NCBI GenBank assembly: GCA_051313645.2
Contig: JBNRSN020000190.1
Location: 558,001-622,000 of the forward strand
Reading direction: 5' to 3'
Length of the DNA: 64,000 bases
Source of the DNA: Centroscyllium fabricii
Taxonomy: Eukaryota
Positions 1 through 10,765 of this stretch are shown piece by piece. The notes below the pieces were generated by a model that did not search any database, was not told where the DNA came from, and saw only the letters and a list, made by a program, of their open reading frames with translations. The translations under genes and the position numbers were made by a program. Within the stretch, counting starts at the first letter, position 1. Every line of letters starts with the position of its first letter.

Positions 1-1559
1 TGCTTTCCCCACATGCTCTGGCTCCAGCTGCTTCAGGGTACAGGAAGATTCAAACATAATGAGTGCGCCCTTGCTGCCTGCCATATTGGATGCCTGTTTA
101 GTGCCATGAAAAATGGGCGCGGCCCCATCAAATTTCTTCGCCGTGGACCCTTGCAGCACAGAAGGGAGGCCATTTGGCCCACTGCCATGAAATTATTTTC
201 CTTTTCAAGTATTTACCCAATTACCTTTTGAAAGTTATTATTGAATCTGCTTCCACCGCCCTTTCCCTACGTGTGCGCTAATGTTTTTTTCAGGCTGGTT
301 TATTATCCCTCTCACTGGCATCCTTCACGGCCTCAGTGGAAATCGAACTGTCGGCTAATTTATTGCTCCCCCCCCTGCTGAAGAATCGACTAGTTAGTTT
401 AAGAACTCTGGCGCAATGATTCTTCAGCTCTGAAAACCTTTTGACGTGCGTCTCGCTGCAGTTTGATAGCGATGTGGGGAGATGACAGGGTTCAGACTAT
501 TGAACCTTTGGATTAATGAACTTTCGGACTATCGAATCTTCGGACTATCGAGCGAAACCCGATGACAAGAGCTCGGCCGAGCCGATCATCCTCACGAAGC
601 AGGCTGTGACAATGATCACTGACGTGCCTCCACCCGCGGCTCACCGGCTGTGCAGCGAAAAAAATAAACGCAGGCCTCACTAGGGCCCAGGCCCGCCAAC
701 TCTGGTTGGCCAGATTCCTGGAGGGTTCATCGCATGACCTCCGACCTCCAACAGCCCTCTGCCAGCCCTCACGCTGCCACCATTTGGCCCCCCGACGCGC
801 CCATCCTCGCAGAGCCCCGCCTCCTCGCTCTGTAAATGGAGCGGACTCCTCGTTGCCCGACTTGACACCCGAAAAGCCAACTTGGCCCCATCCCCCACTC
901 CACCCACCCCAGCCGATCTCCAATATACAAAAGCGTTCAAAGAAAATGCCCCAACAAATGTCCCTCGCGGGACATCAATCTTTAATTCCTGGAGGCTCCA
1001 AGGCAATCCGGGAGGGTAAGCACTCCGACTCAAGCTCCGCTCTCCTTTCCACAATATATCTTGGGTGACTGAATTGAATCGGACGTTGATGGCTATTTCA
1101 TTCTTTCTTCGCATAACGCTGACACCGGTATCATTCAGTAATTATTGTTTCCCTTAAGTTATTGCTGTAATTTCTGCTCTCCGAGAACCCAATCAATTTC
1201 CCCTCTCAAGGGCACGGTTGAAAAGCAATCTTTCGCGAGCAGTCTCTGATGGATTGGGCCCTTGGACAGGGCCCAGACAAATAGTCTAATTTGGCACAAA
1301 TTAGCCCAGCTTTCAGGGATGGTTTTATACACCGATGTAAATTATATTGTCAGGAACAGTCACCTTCTTCCTGGCAGCGCAGCTAACAAGAAACCGCAGG
1401 CAGATCCTGCTTCTGATAACCTTCAGTTCCTGCCATCGCTCAGGCAGCCATTTTAGAGACTGTTCCTCGCTAAATATTCCCCTCCTCCAACTGTGCAAAG
1501 CACATGAAAGAAATTACAGAGCGTTGAACAAAGACAGTGGTAAGACCTGAGCTCATAAT

Positions 1560-1762
1560 CTAGGCCCACACGCCCAGTGTAGTACCGAGGGAGCGCCGCA
1601 CTGTCGGAGGGGCCGTACTTAGGGAGAGCCGCACAGTCGGAGGGTCAGTACTAAGGGAGCGCCGCACAGTCGGAGGGTCAGTACTGAGGGAGCGCCGCAC
1701 TGTCGGAGGATCAGTACTGAGGGTGCGCCGCACAGTCGGAGGGTGAGTACTGAGGGAGCGCC
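1560..1762 (+). repeat. 33-bp minisatellite within a Deu-domain SINE (left part, split by Gypsy copy 1)
   Basis: Unit GCACTGTCGGAGGGGCAGTACTGAGGGAGCGCC, ~5 copies. Confidence 0.9.
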
Positions 1763-2094
1763 TGATGTATCGTCGATGACTCCAATTAAAAGACGACAAG
1801 TAGATACCGAAACTAAAAGGCTTTTAATTGCTAAACAATGGAGCTACTCTCCAGACGAACAACTGTACAGAACTGGGTGGAGCCCCGGTCAGACCACACC
1901 TATATAGAGCCTCACAAGGGGAGGAGTCGGGGGTGTGGCCGACCTGGCTCCCAACAAGATTACAGTAAACAGGGCTGTGCCCAACATCTGCACAGCCCAT
2001 AATTAGTCATGGTAATACATTGGAATAACAGTGGAATAGAACGGTTACCACATTCACCCCTTCTTAAAAACTTTGATTCCGGGTGGGGTGAATG

Positions 2095-3720
2095 GATTGA
2101 ACAGTTCATTATAAGACGGTCCGGCGGTCGTTTCTTCCTGGAGGACTGTCGGCGCACCGGTGTTGGAGGTGATGCCTCCATGGTTGAATAGTCCGCCTCT
2201 GCCGGCGCTGTGACTTCCGGTGGCGGTGTGCTCGTCGGGTCGCAGTCAGGGAAACTCGGGGGCAATCCTGTGTCTGGTGGGTGAACAACTTGATGGCCGG
2301 CGGGGGGTGCTGTCGTGGTGTTTCCGGCCGGGGCCAGGTCCCTGATGGACACGGTGTCCTCACGCCCGTCTGGGAACTGCACGATGGCGTACTGTGGGTT
2401 GGCGTGTAGTAGCTGTACCTTGTCCACCAGGGGGTCCATTTTGTGGCTCCGGACGTGTCTCTTAAGTAAAACCGGCCCCGGAGTCGTCAGCCATGGGGGA
2501 AGGGCTGTTCCCGAAGTAGACCTCCTGTGGAACGAAAAAATGAGATCATGCGGAGTGGCGTTAGTAGCAGTACACAACAGTGATCGGATAGAGTGCAGCG
2601 CATCTGGGAGGACTGCCTGCCAATGGGACACTGGAAGGCCTCTGGACTTGAGAGCCAGGGTGACCGCCTTCCAGATGATCCCATTCTCCCTTTCTACCTG
2701 GCCGTTCCCCCGGGGGTTATAACTGGTCGTTCTGCTCGTGGCAACCCCTCTCTGGAGCAGAAACTGGCGCAGTTCATCGCTCATGAACGATGACCCCCGG
2801 TCGCTATGGATGTAGCCGGGGAGACCGAAAATGGCGAACAGCGTGGTGAAATGTTTGATCACCGTTGCGCTCGTCATATCTGGGCAGGGGAAAGCGAAGG
2901 GGAAGCGGGAGAACTCATTCACTACCGTGAGGAAGTATGAGTTGCGGTCGGTGGAGGGGAGGGGGCCTTTGAAGTCTACGCTGAGATGTTCAAAGGGGTG
3001 GGTGGCCTTGATGAGATGCGTCGTGTCTGGCCGGAAAAAGTGGGGTTTGCACTCGGCACAGACAGGGCACTCTCTGGTTATATCCTTGATCTCCGTGATG
3101 GAGTAGGGGAGGCTACGGGATTTGACGAAATGGGCGAGTCTGGTGACACCCGGCTGACAAAGGCGGTCATGGAGGTCCTTCAGCCGGTCTAGCTGGGCAC
3201 TGGCGCACGTTCCCCTGGACAGTGCGTCCGGGGTTTCATTGAGTTTACCTGGTCGGTAAAGAATGTCGTACTCGTAAGTCGAGAGTTCGAACCGCCACCG
3301 CAGGATCTTATCATTCTTGATTTTACCCCGTAGTTTATTATTAAACATAAACGCCACCGACCGTTGGTCGGTGAGCAGGGTAAAACGCTTACCGGCCAGG
3401 TAATGACGCCAGTAGCGCACGGCCTCCACAATGGCCTGAGCCTCCTTTTCCACTGCAGAGTGGCGAGTCTCGGGTCCCTGTAGGGTGCGGGAGAAAAACG
3501 CTACGGGCCTGCCTGCCTGATTCAGGGTGGCAGCAAGGGCAAAGTCCGAAGCGTCGCTCTCCACCTGGAAGGGAATGGATTCATCAACAGCGAGCATGGT
3601 CGCCTTGACGATGTCTTCCTTTATCTTTGCAAAAGCCGTCTGGGCTTCTGCAGAAAGGGGGAAGGCGGCAGCCTTGAGAAGTGGTCTAGCCTTATCTGCG
3701 AACTGTGGGACCCATTGTGC
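2095..3720 (-). pseudogene. RNase H and integrase part of the copy 1 polyprotein
   Basis: RNase H VESDASDFALAA/EKEAQAIV/TDQRS. Integrase zinc finger (one His reads Q) and VDFKG/HSDRG/VEREN DDE residues. No chromodomain. Confidence 0.92.
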
Positions 3721-6556
3721 ATCTCCTCAAGGCTTTGGGGTTGTGAGGTAGGGGCAGTTCTTGCAGGGGTCGCATACGCTGTGGGTCGGGGCCGAGGAGC
3801 CCGTTCTCCACCACGTATCCGAGAATGGCGAGCCGGGTTGTATTAAAGACACATTTGTCTTTGTTATACGTAAGGTCCAGCTTGTCCGCCGTGGCGAGGA
3901 ATTTGGCCAGATTGGCATCGTGGTCCTGCTGGTCGTGGCCGCAGATGGTCACGTTGTCCAGGTAAGGGAAGGTGGCCTGCAAGTCATTCTGGTCAACCAT
4001 ACGGTCCATCTCCCGTTGGAACACGGACACTCCATTGGTCACGCCAAAGGGGACCCGGAGGAAGTGGTAGAGCCGACCGTTCGCCTCGAAGGCGGTGTAG
4101 GGGCGGTCGGCTTTCCGAATCGGGAGCTGATGATACACCGATTTAAGGTCGATCGTAGAGAACACCTTGTACTGGGCGATCTGATTGACCATGTCCGAGA
4201 TGCGGGGAAGGGGGTAGGCGTCGAGCCCGGTGTAGCGGTTGATAGTCTGGCTGTAATCGATCACCAGCCGTTGTTTCTCGCCAGACTTCACCACCACAAC
4301 TTGGGCGCGCCAGGGGCTGGTGCTGGCTTCAATTATTCCCTCCTTTAGCATCCGCCCGACCTCCGACCTGATAAACGTGCGATCCCCCTCACTGTACCGC
4401 CGACTCTTAGTGGCAATGGGCTTGCACTTGGGATCGAGGTTGGCGAACAGCGAGGGGGGGTCGATTTTCAGGGTGGAGAGGCCGCAGGCCGGGCTCCGCT
4501 TTGGGGGGGAATTCTCCCGGCTACTGACGGTGAGTGAGGGTAAGGTCCCGCCGAACTCCACTGTCACACTCTGGAAGTGGCACTGGAAATCCAAACCTAG
4601 TAAGGCTGGGGCACACAACTGTTGGAGGGTATACAATCTAAAATTACGGTACACGCGCCCCTTGACGGTGAGCGTGACGGAGCAGTAGCCGGTGACGTCC
4701 GCGGTGTGGGACTGTGAAGCTAGGGAGATTTGGTAGTTGGTGGGCAGGATCTGCAGTCCGCAGCGCCGCACTGTATCCGGGTGGATGAAACTCTCCATGC
4801 TGCCTGTGTCGAAAAGACAGTCAAAAGTATGGTTGTTAATCTTTATAGGTATTATTGAGTTAGACAGGGTATGAGGCCTGCCCTGGCTAACTCTGATTTT
4901 AGCTGCAGCAGCAGCCCCTGCTGGTCGGGGCTGTGCACAAGATGGCCTTGCCCCAAAACAAAATGGCGTCGTCCCTGCCCCGCACAGAGAGGGGCACTCG
5001 TGACAAAATGGCGTCGCCCCTGGCCCACAGCTCGTGGAACCCCGTACATCTGATGACGTCGCCCCAAAACAAAATGGCGCCGTCCCTGCCCCGCACAGTG
5101 AGGGGCCCTTGAAGCAAAATGGCGCCGCCCCTGGCCCGCAGCTCGCGGAACCCCGTACATCTGATGACGTCGCCCCAAAACAAAATGGCGCCGTCCCTGC
5201 CCCGCACAGGGAGGGGCCCTTGAAGCAAAATGGCACCGCCCCTGGCCCGCAGCTCGCGGAACCCCGTACATCTGATGACGTCACCCCTGCCCCGCACGTG
5301 GAGGAGCCCTTGGTATAGGGAGAGATTGCCCCTGGCCCGCAGCTCGTGGAACCCCGTACATCTGATGACGTCGCCCCAGCCCTGCACGTGGAGGAGCCCT
5401 TGGTATTAGGAGACGTCGCCCCTGGCCCGCAGCTCGAGGGACCCCGTGCATAAGATGGCGCCGTCCTTGGCCCGCATATGGAGGGGCTCTGTCTCTGGCA
5501 TGGAGCCTCTGAAGGGCCCTGTGAACGCGCTGGCGGCGCCCGTGATTCGCACGCAGCGGACCGCGGTGGTCGGTTTGGCGGTGCCCGTGATTCGCACGCA
5601 GCCGGCCGCGTTGGGGGGTTGCGCTTGGCCGGCCTTCTCTGCATCAGGTAAGAAGGGGTGGGGGGTGGGGGCGCTCGTTGTCTACCCCCGTACCGTCGCT
5701 GGATCGCGCTGCTAATGCATCTTACCTGGTCGGTGCTCTCACAGGCTGCACTGTTGTACCTTCTGCTAGGCGCTTGTGGAGATGCTGCTGGAGCTGACTT
5801 GCAGACCCTAGCGAAGTGCCCCTTCTTCGAGCATTTTTCACAGCTCGCTGTCCTGGCTGGACATTTCGCTCTAGGGTGCAGTCCTTGGCCGCAGAAGTAA
5901 CAGTGCTTATTTTTAATGTCTTTAGTGACCGTCGCGGCCATCGTGGGGGCCTCGGCCCGTGGCGCCCAGGCCTGGGCCTGTTGTGGCGCGGCCCATATGT
6001 TGTAGGCTTGCGGGTTTGTGCAGCTGTACGCCTGTAACTTGCTACGGGCCCCCTCTACCGATTTGGCTAACTTGGTCGCCTCCTCGAGGGTCAAATTGTC
6101 TCTCTCAAGTAGCCGCTGACGGGCTTCTACACACCTCAGTCCTGTGACGTAAGCGTCCCGAACGAGGAGTTCTTCCTCCTCTGCAATAGTGGTGCCTTTG
6201 CAGCCACAGGCCCGTACCAGGGCCAGGAGCGCTTGCTCAAACTCCTCGTTTGACTCACCCGGTAGCTGGGATCGGGTCGCCAGCACGTGTCGGGCATAGA
6301 CAGAGTGGACCTGGCGTTCGTAGCATTTCTTCAGGACTTCTACGGTTTTTTCGTAGGTTGGGGTGTTCATGACGAGGGTGAATACCCTGCTGGAGATCCT
6401 AGATCTCAGGACATGTAGCTTGTCCTTGTCCGAAGTAGCCTTGGCGGCTTCCGTGTAGGCCTCCAGTAGGCCGAACCAGTGTTTGAAGGTAGCGGGAGCA
6501 GCCGCGTCCTGGGGACTGATGTCCAGCTTCTCAGGCTTTACCGTGCTGCAATCCAT
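3692..6556 (-). pseudogene. gag-protease-RT part of the copy 1 polyprotein
   Basis: ATG at 6556 (MDCSTVKP). CCHC-type knuckles CYFCGQGLHPRAKC and CEKCSKKGHFARVC, protease LFDTGS, RT PFGVTNG...YLDN. Frame is broken near 3720 by a short deletion relative to copy 2. Confidence 0.92.
4935..5610 (-). repeat. in-frame coding tandem repeats in the gag-protease linker of copy 1
   Basis: Repeated ~42-nt modules encoding SSDVRGSxSCGPGA / PFCFKGPSLCGAGT, many containing sense GCGCCATTTTG. Confidence 0.85.
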
Positions 6557-6878
6557 TTTAACTTTTAGCAATTAAAATTGATGTATCGTCGATGACTCCA
6601 ATTAAAAGACGACAAGTAGATACCGAAACTAAAAGGCTTTTAATTGCTAAACAATGGAGCTACTCTCCAGACGAACAACTGTACAGAACTGGGTGGAGCC
6701 CCGGTCAGACCACACCTATATAGAGCCTCACAAGGGGAGGAGTCGGGGGTGTGGCTGACCTAGCTCCCAACAAGATTACAGTAAACAGGGCTGTGCCCAA
6801 CATCTGCACAGCCCATAATTAGTCATGGTAATACATTGGAATAACTGTGGAATACAGTGGAATAGAACGGTTACCACA

Positions 6879-7625
6879 GCGCCGCACTGTCGGAGGGTGA
6901 GTACTGAGGAAGCGCCGCACTGTCAGATGGGCAGTACTGAGGGAGCACCGCACTGTCGGATGGGCAGTACTGTGGGAGCGCCGCACTGTCGGAGGGGCAG
7001 TGCTGAGGGAGAGCCACAGTCAGAGGGGCAGTACCGAGGGAGCGCCGCACTGTCGGAGGGGCAGTACTGTGGGAGCGCCGCACTGTCGGAGGGTCAGTAC
7101 TGTGGGAGCGCTGCACTGTCAGAGGGACAGTACTGAGAGAGTGCTGCACTGTCGGAGGGACAATACTGTGGGAGAGCCGCACTGTTGGAGGGGCAGTACT
7201 GAGAGAGCGCTGCACTGTCGGAGGGACAATACTGTGGGAGAGCCGCACTGTCGGAGGGGCAGTACTGAGGGAGCGCTGCACTGTTGGAGGCCCCGTCTGG
7301 TCTCTCAGGTGGATGTAGAAGAGCCTGCAGCCACTATTGGAAGAAGAGCAGGGGAGTTCTCCCCAGTGTCCTGGGACTAACATTTATCCCTCAACCAACA
7401 TCACTGAAATCAGCTGATCTAGTCATTTATTGGCTTTGTGGGATCTTGCTGTGCACAAATTGGCAGCTGCGGTTCCCTAAATTACAACAGTGACTACACT
7501 TCAAAGGACCTGCCCTAATTTATCCTTATGTGGCTCGGTATCAAATTGTTTGTCTTAAAATACTCCTGAGAAGCGCCTTGGGCCGTTTTACTACGTTAAA
7601 GGCGCTATATAAATTCAACTTGTTG
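6879..7625 (+). mobile_element. 33-bp minisatellite (~12 units, to ~7290) continuing into a Deu-domain (SacSINE1/AmnSINE1-like) SINE body and tail
   Basis: Array is followed by ggccccgtctg..tctcaggtggatgtagaag...gaagaagagcaggggagttctcccc...ccctcaaccaacatcac, recognised from memory as the Deu-domain core. Confidence 0.75.
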
Positions 7626-8167
7626 TTTGATGGTACTTCAAGGGCTGTGAAGTGATTTGAGGAAGTGAACGGCACTGTATAAATGTTATTGTTTGCCTTT
7701 ACCCACAATGGGAGATTGTGGGGGGAACAGGGCAGAACAATGGTTGGAACGGGTTGAGGAGCACTACCCTGGCGTAGCAAAGCGTGCCCCAGTCCCGCCC
7801 CACCCCCCGCAACATTTAAAGGACCCGCCTTATTTTTGGCCCTGCTCGATTTTGGACGTGGGGTGGGGGGCGGAGTTCTAAAGCGGGACTAAAGAATTAT
7901 AGCTTTCTCCCGACCCTCTGACCTCTAACCCCTCCCTTCACCTGGCGTCCATGAAGGGAGGGTGCTATATAAATGCAAGTCTTTCTTAAAGAAGCGCGAG
8001 TTGGAGAGGTTTAGAGAGGGAGGTCCGAGCTGAGGGCCTAGGTGGGTGAAGGCGCGGCCGTCAATGCGTTGATAGTTGAGTATCGGAATGATTGCTGTGT
8101 GGTTTTGCCGCTGTCTGCCTTATTACCCTAATGTTGCACAACAAGTACATCTGCGAAGCACTCTCCA

Positions 8168-8365
8168 TCATAGAAACATAGAAGATAGGAGCAGGAGTCG
8201 GCCATTCGGCCCCTCGAGCCTGCTCCGCCATTCAATGAGATCATGGCTGATCATCCAAACCCAGTACCCTGTCCCTGCCTTGTCCCCATATCCCTTGATA
8301 CCTTTAGCTCTAAGAAATATATCCACAGGTTCACCACTCTGGGTGAAGAAATTCCTCCTCCATTC
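8168..8365 (-). mobile_element. CR1 LINE 3' end fragment
   Basis: catagaaacatagaagataggagcaggagtcggccattcggccc... is the reverse complement of a CR1 3' UTR and tail; translates RRNFFTQ. Confidence 0.8.
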
Positions 8366-8686
8366 AGATAATAGTCTGCCTTTTTGTTTAGCAGCCACGC
8401 TTCTGCCCAATCACCCCTGTCCAAATCATCCTGCAAGAAGTCACACAACACCAGATTATAGTCCAACAGTTTTATTTTAAATCACAAGCTTTCGGAGCTT
8501 CTGCCCCTTCGTCAGGTGAAAGTAAGAAATCATCCTGGACTAGTCACAGCCTGCCAACCTGAAAAATTTGTTTATCCCTACTCTGTTTTCTTTCTGTTTC
8601 TTATGGTCTTAACCAAGGGTCCCCAACCACCGGGCCGCGGGTCGGTACCAGGCCGTGGATCATTTTGTACCGGGCCGCACAGAAGG

Positions 8687-8771
8687 AATAAAAACGTTTT
8701 AATTTTTATTTTATTTCCATTTTATTGAGTCAATAAAATGGAAATAAAATAAAAATTAAAACGTTTTTATT
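8687..8771. repeat. perfect 85-bp palindrome (42-bp arms, 1-nt loop)
   Basis: 8687-8728 is the exact reverse complement of 8730-8771. Confidence 0.95.
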
Positions 8772-8841
8772 GACCACTTCCGTCTGTGCTTCGTTTCCGC
8801 TTCCGTCTGTGGCTGTGCCTCTTGTCTCAGTCACAGCAAAA

Positions 8842-10412
8842 ATGAGTAGAAAACAAACATTGCTGAAGAGCTTCTTTGAAAAGGGTGAAAGACCCAAAGA
8901 TGAGACAGCAGAAGACTCCAAGACTGCCAAGACTGCTTCGCCACGTGGAGACCAAACACCCTGCATTAAAAGACAAGCCTTTGCAGTTTTTTGAAAGAAA
9001 AAAACGTGAACACGAAGGACAGAAGCAATTATTGAAGGGCACCACATCAAATGTGTCTGCACTGAGAGCATCATTCTTAGTGGCTAACCGCATTGCCAAG
9101 GCTAAGAAGCCCTTCACTATTGCTGAAGAGTTGATCCTGCCTGCCGCTGAGGACATTTGCCGTGAACTTTTAGGAGAGGCATTGAGGCACAATTGTTAGA
9201 GGATTAATGAGTCACCGTGGTACGCAATCCAGGTTGACGAGTCTACCGACATCGACAACAAGGCAATAATGCTTGTTTTTGTGCGATATATTTTTCAGGG
9301 GGAGGTGGATGAGGATATGTTATGTACATTATTGTTGCCAACCAACACCACAGCTGCAGAACTATTCAAGTCTTTGGATGATTACATATCAGGAAAACTA
9401 AACTGGTCATTTTGTGTCGGTGTATGCACGGACGGAGCGGCTGCCATGACTGGACGGCTTTCTGGTTTCACTACTCGGGTCAAAGAGGTCGTGTCTGAAT
9501 GTGAGTCTACGCACTGTGTCATCCACAGAGAAATGCTGGCTAGCCGAAAAATGTCACCTGAACTTAACAGCGTTTTGAAAGATGTGATTACAGTTATTAA
9601 CCACATCAAAGTACATGCCCTTAACTCGCGTCTGTTCGAGCAGCTCTGTGAGGAGATGGACGCGGAGCACAAACGTCTTCTCTTTTCCACAGAAGTGAGA
9701 TGGCTTTCCAAAGGTAGATCGCTGGCCAGAGTTTTTGAGTTACGAGAGCCGCTTCATAGATTTCTTTTAGAAAAACAGTCACCATTTGCAGCNNNNNNNN
9801 NNNNNNNNNNNNNNNNNNNNNNNNNNNNNNNNNNNNNNNNNNNNNNNNNNNNNNNNNNNNNNNNNNNNNNNNNNNNNNNNNNNNNNNNNNNNNNNNNNNN
9901 NNNNNNNNNNNNNNNNNNNNNNNNNNNNNNNNNNNNNNNNNNNNNNNNNNNNNNNNNNNNNNNNTGTTTCAAACATTAGCAGTGATTTTGGAAGAGACTG
10001 AGCCTGGGCCTTCATTCTCCCAGCTGCTGCACGATCACCTATCTCAGATTGTAAAAGAGTTTGAGCGTTACTTTCCAACCACAAAAGACCCGCGAACTAG
10101 GAAGGAATGGATCCGTGACCCATTTGTGAACAAGCCGGGTGAATCGACCTTGTCCTGGAAGAGGACCAACTACTTGAGATCGCAAATGATGGTGGCCTTA
10201 TATATCCTGCGCTCGCCACAAAAGCACTGAAAACCCTGCTTCCATTTCCAACATCCTATCTTTGTGAAGCGGGGTTTTCTGCAGTGACAGCAACCAAAAC
10301 GAAATTACGGAGTAGACTGGACATAAGGAACACACTTCGGGTGTCACTGTCTCCCATCACCCCTAGATGGGACCGTCTCGTTGCAGGGAAACAAGCTCAG
10401 TGCTCCCACTGA
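8842..10412 (+). pseudogene. hAT/Buster (ZBED5/SCAND3-like) transposase pseudogene
   Basis: Peptides HVETKHPALKDKPLQFFERKK, ALRASFLVANRIAKAKKPFTIAEELILPAA, QVDESTD, CTDGAAAM, HCVIHRE, EVRWLSKG and FPTSYLCEAGFS in several frames. Multiple deletions and frameshifts; spans the N gap. Confidence 0.9.
9793..9964. other. assembly gap (172 N)
   Basis: Run of n characters. Confidence 1.
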
Positions 10413-10765
10413 TTCTGCATTATGGTGAGTTGAGTCACATTTACATTATAAATGTAATAAGTAAATTAATAATTAAATTATATTGTGGTAACCCTTATAT
10501 GGGTAACCCTTATATGGGTTACCATTGTTGTATACCTGTGTGCAAAGATGCTGCTGGGAGCCAGGTCAGCCACACCCCCGACTCCTCCCCCAGGTGGGAG
10601 TACTATAAAGGTGTGGTCTGACCCAGCCCCTTTCATTCCTGTATGTGATCTGCCGAGGAGATTAGCTCCATTCTTTATTAATTAAAAGCCTTGTATTAAC
10701 GGTAACTACGAGTCGTCTTTAATTAAGTTAGCGACCACGCTACAATTTTAATTAATAATTTTACA

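Larger units (their letters stand above)
1763..6878 (-). mobile_element. Ty3/Gypsy LTR retrotransposon, group A copy 1 (full length, frameshifted)
   Basis: LTRs 1763-2052 and 6579-6878 (sense TGTGGTAAC...ACATCA; 2 substitutions plus a 10-bp indel by eye). 5-bp TSD GCGCC (1758-1762 / 6879-6883). PPT AAGAAGGGGTGAA next to the 3' LTR. Gag-PR-RT-RH-IN order. Inserted into a 33-bp SINE-derived minisatellite. Confidence 0.97.

Noticed and set aside
8842-10412. Domesticated ZBED5/SCAND3-like host gene
   Set aside because: Multiple frameshifts and deletions and a retained TIR-like end indicate a dead transposon.
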